From positions 1,240,001 to 1,304,000 of the forward strand of contig BROI01000001.1 in the NCBI GenBank assembly GCA_027923505.1: a stretch of 64,000 nt of DNA, given 5' to 3'. A program made the position numbers and the translations under genes. Source of the stretch: Mayamaea pseudoterrestris (Eukaryota). This document shows, in pieces, positions 63,170-64,000 of the stretch (positions within the stretch are counted from its first letter, which is position 1; each line of letters begins with the position of its first letter). The notes under the pieces were generated by a model. That model saw only the letters and a program-made list of their open reading frames with translations. It made no database searches and had not been told where the DNA came from.

Positions 63170-63972
63170 AAAGGCACTTTGTGGAGCATTTATGCGAGGG
63201 GAATGTAAAACAGTGACGAGGGTATGCATGTGTGTTGCATGTACGGTAATGTTTCAATTGTTTGCACTGCAAAGTTGCACGATGAGATTGGCATTGCTTG
63301 AGACATAGTGCACGAGCAATGATTTCGTAATAGTCTAGCAGTAAAATAATCACTGTCATCGTAGCAGATAGCAGGGAGCTATGGGGGTTACCCATTTACA
63401 TCCGAGGTTTATCTCGCTAGTACAGAGGTATGGAGGAAGTCCTGGCAGAAGCATTGAAATTTTCGAATTTTAATAAAGCCCCAGGCAATATTGGATGTAA
63501 ATGTCATAAAGAATCCTGCCCCTAACATTGTTTTTTCTACGCGTGAAGCTACCGATCTTTTGTGTAGACATTCATTGCGTTTTGATTGGGTTTCTACCTC
63601 AAATTGTACAGTATGCGGCAGTGTTTTAATGCAACTTGTGTCGCTTGTGCTGTGTCTCTCTCGTGTGCCTCATTGAGTACGTTCTATTTTTGGCAGTGTC
63701 GTTTGACCCATGATTGTATTTCCTCGATGAGTTTTAGTATCGTGTGTTTCCTCTTTGTTGTATTTGTTGTACAGTTTCCATTTGACGAATCAACGGATAT
63801 CAATGTGTGTGTGCTCACATTAATTGTTTGTTGATGTAGAAGTTTCCCTCTTTGAGTCATCTGTTTGCATGTGTTGCGTGCTTTACGTTCTATGTTCTTG
63901 TAGTGCACCTTAAACAAGGATGTCAGAACAATTCTTGCTTGATTGCTCAAGCTATGGGCATCTAATAAAAAG

Positions 63973-64000
63973 CATGGCAGCTGCTGGCTGAGACTGGTGA
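63973..64000 (-). repeat. Start of another inverted satellite A copy at the window edge
   Basis: CATGGCAGCTGCTGGCTGAGACTGGTGA vs reverse complement of A, CACGGCATCTGCGGGCTGAGACTGGTGA. Confidence 0.65.

Larger units (their letters stand above)
54831..63381. repeat. Segmental duplication, copy 2
   Basis: Direct repeat of 37730-48660 that lacks the 1418-bp transposon and the ~400-bp insert and has fewer D monomers. Confidence 0.95.

Overview
Eukaryotic, intron-containing DNA that looks like a diatom (probably pennate), judged from short GT-AG introns, stramenopile-type protein families and silaffin-like secreted proteins; the taxon is inferred. 1-5600 is a composite satellite block with ~169-bp, ~181-bp and ~347-bp monomers, a 2417-bp higher-order duplication and CpG-decay variants, followed by a decayed flavin amine oxidase fragment. 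7.4-37.4 kb is gene-dense: Myb-like regulator, MscS channel, reeler protein, GBF1-type Sec7 GEF, PA-domain subtilase, three Lys/Ser/Gly- or Met/Ser-rich secreted proteins with RxL motifs, sorting nexin, PS-repeat secreted protein, CHMP1, RPS9 and an IQ protein. ~37730-48660 recurs at ~54831-63381 (Grx-DEP-DUF547-GAF gene, a fourth satellite, double-fasciclin gene, Q-rich CxxC-domain gene), with CWC24 and an HA-repeat gene between the copies. Copy 1 carries a 1418-bp TIR element with a 3-bp TSD and a nested MITE-like element; copy 2 shows the empty site. The best candidate for an undescribed system is a putative biosilica locus: silaffin-like RxL polyproteins next to a secreted subtilase that could process them. 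All calls are from reading the sequence by eye; no database search was run.
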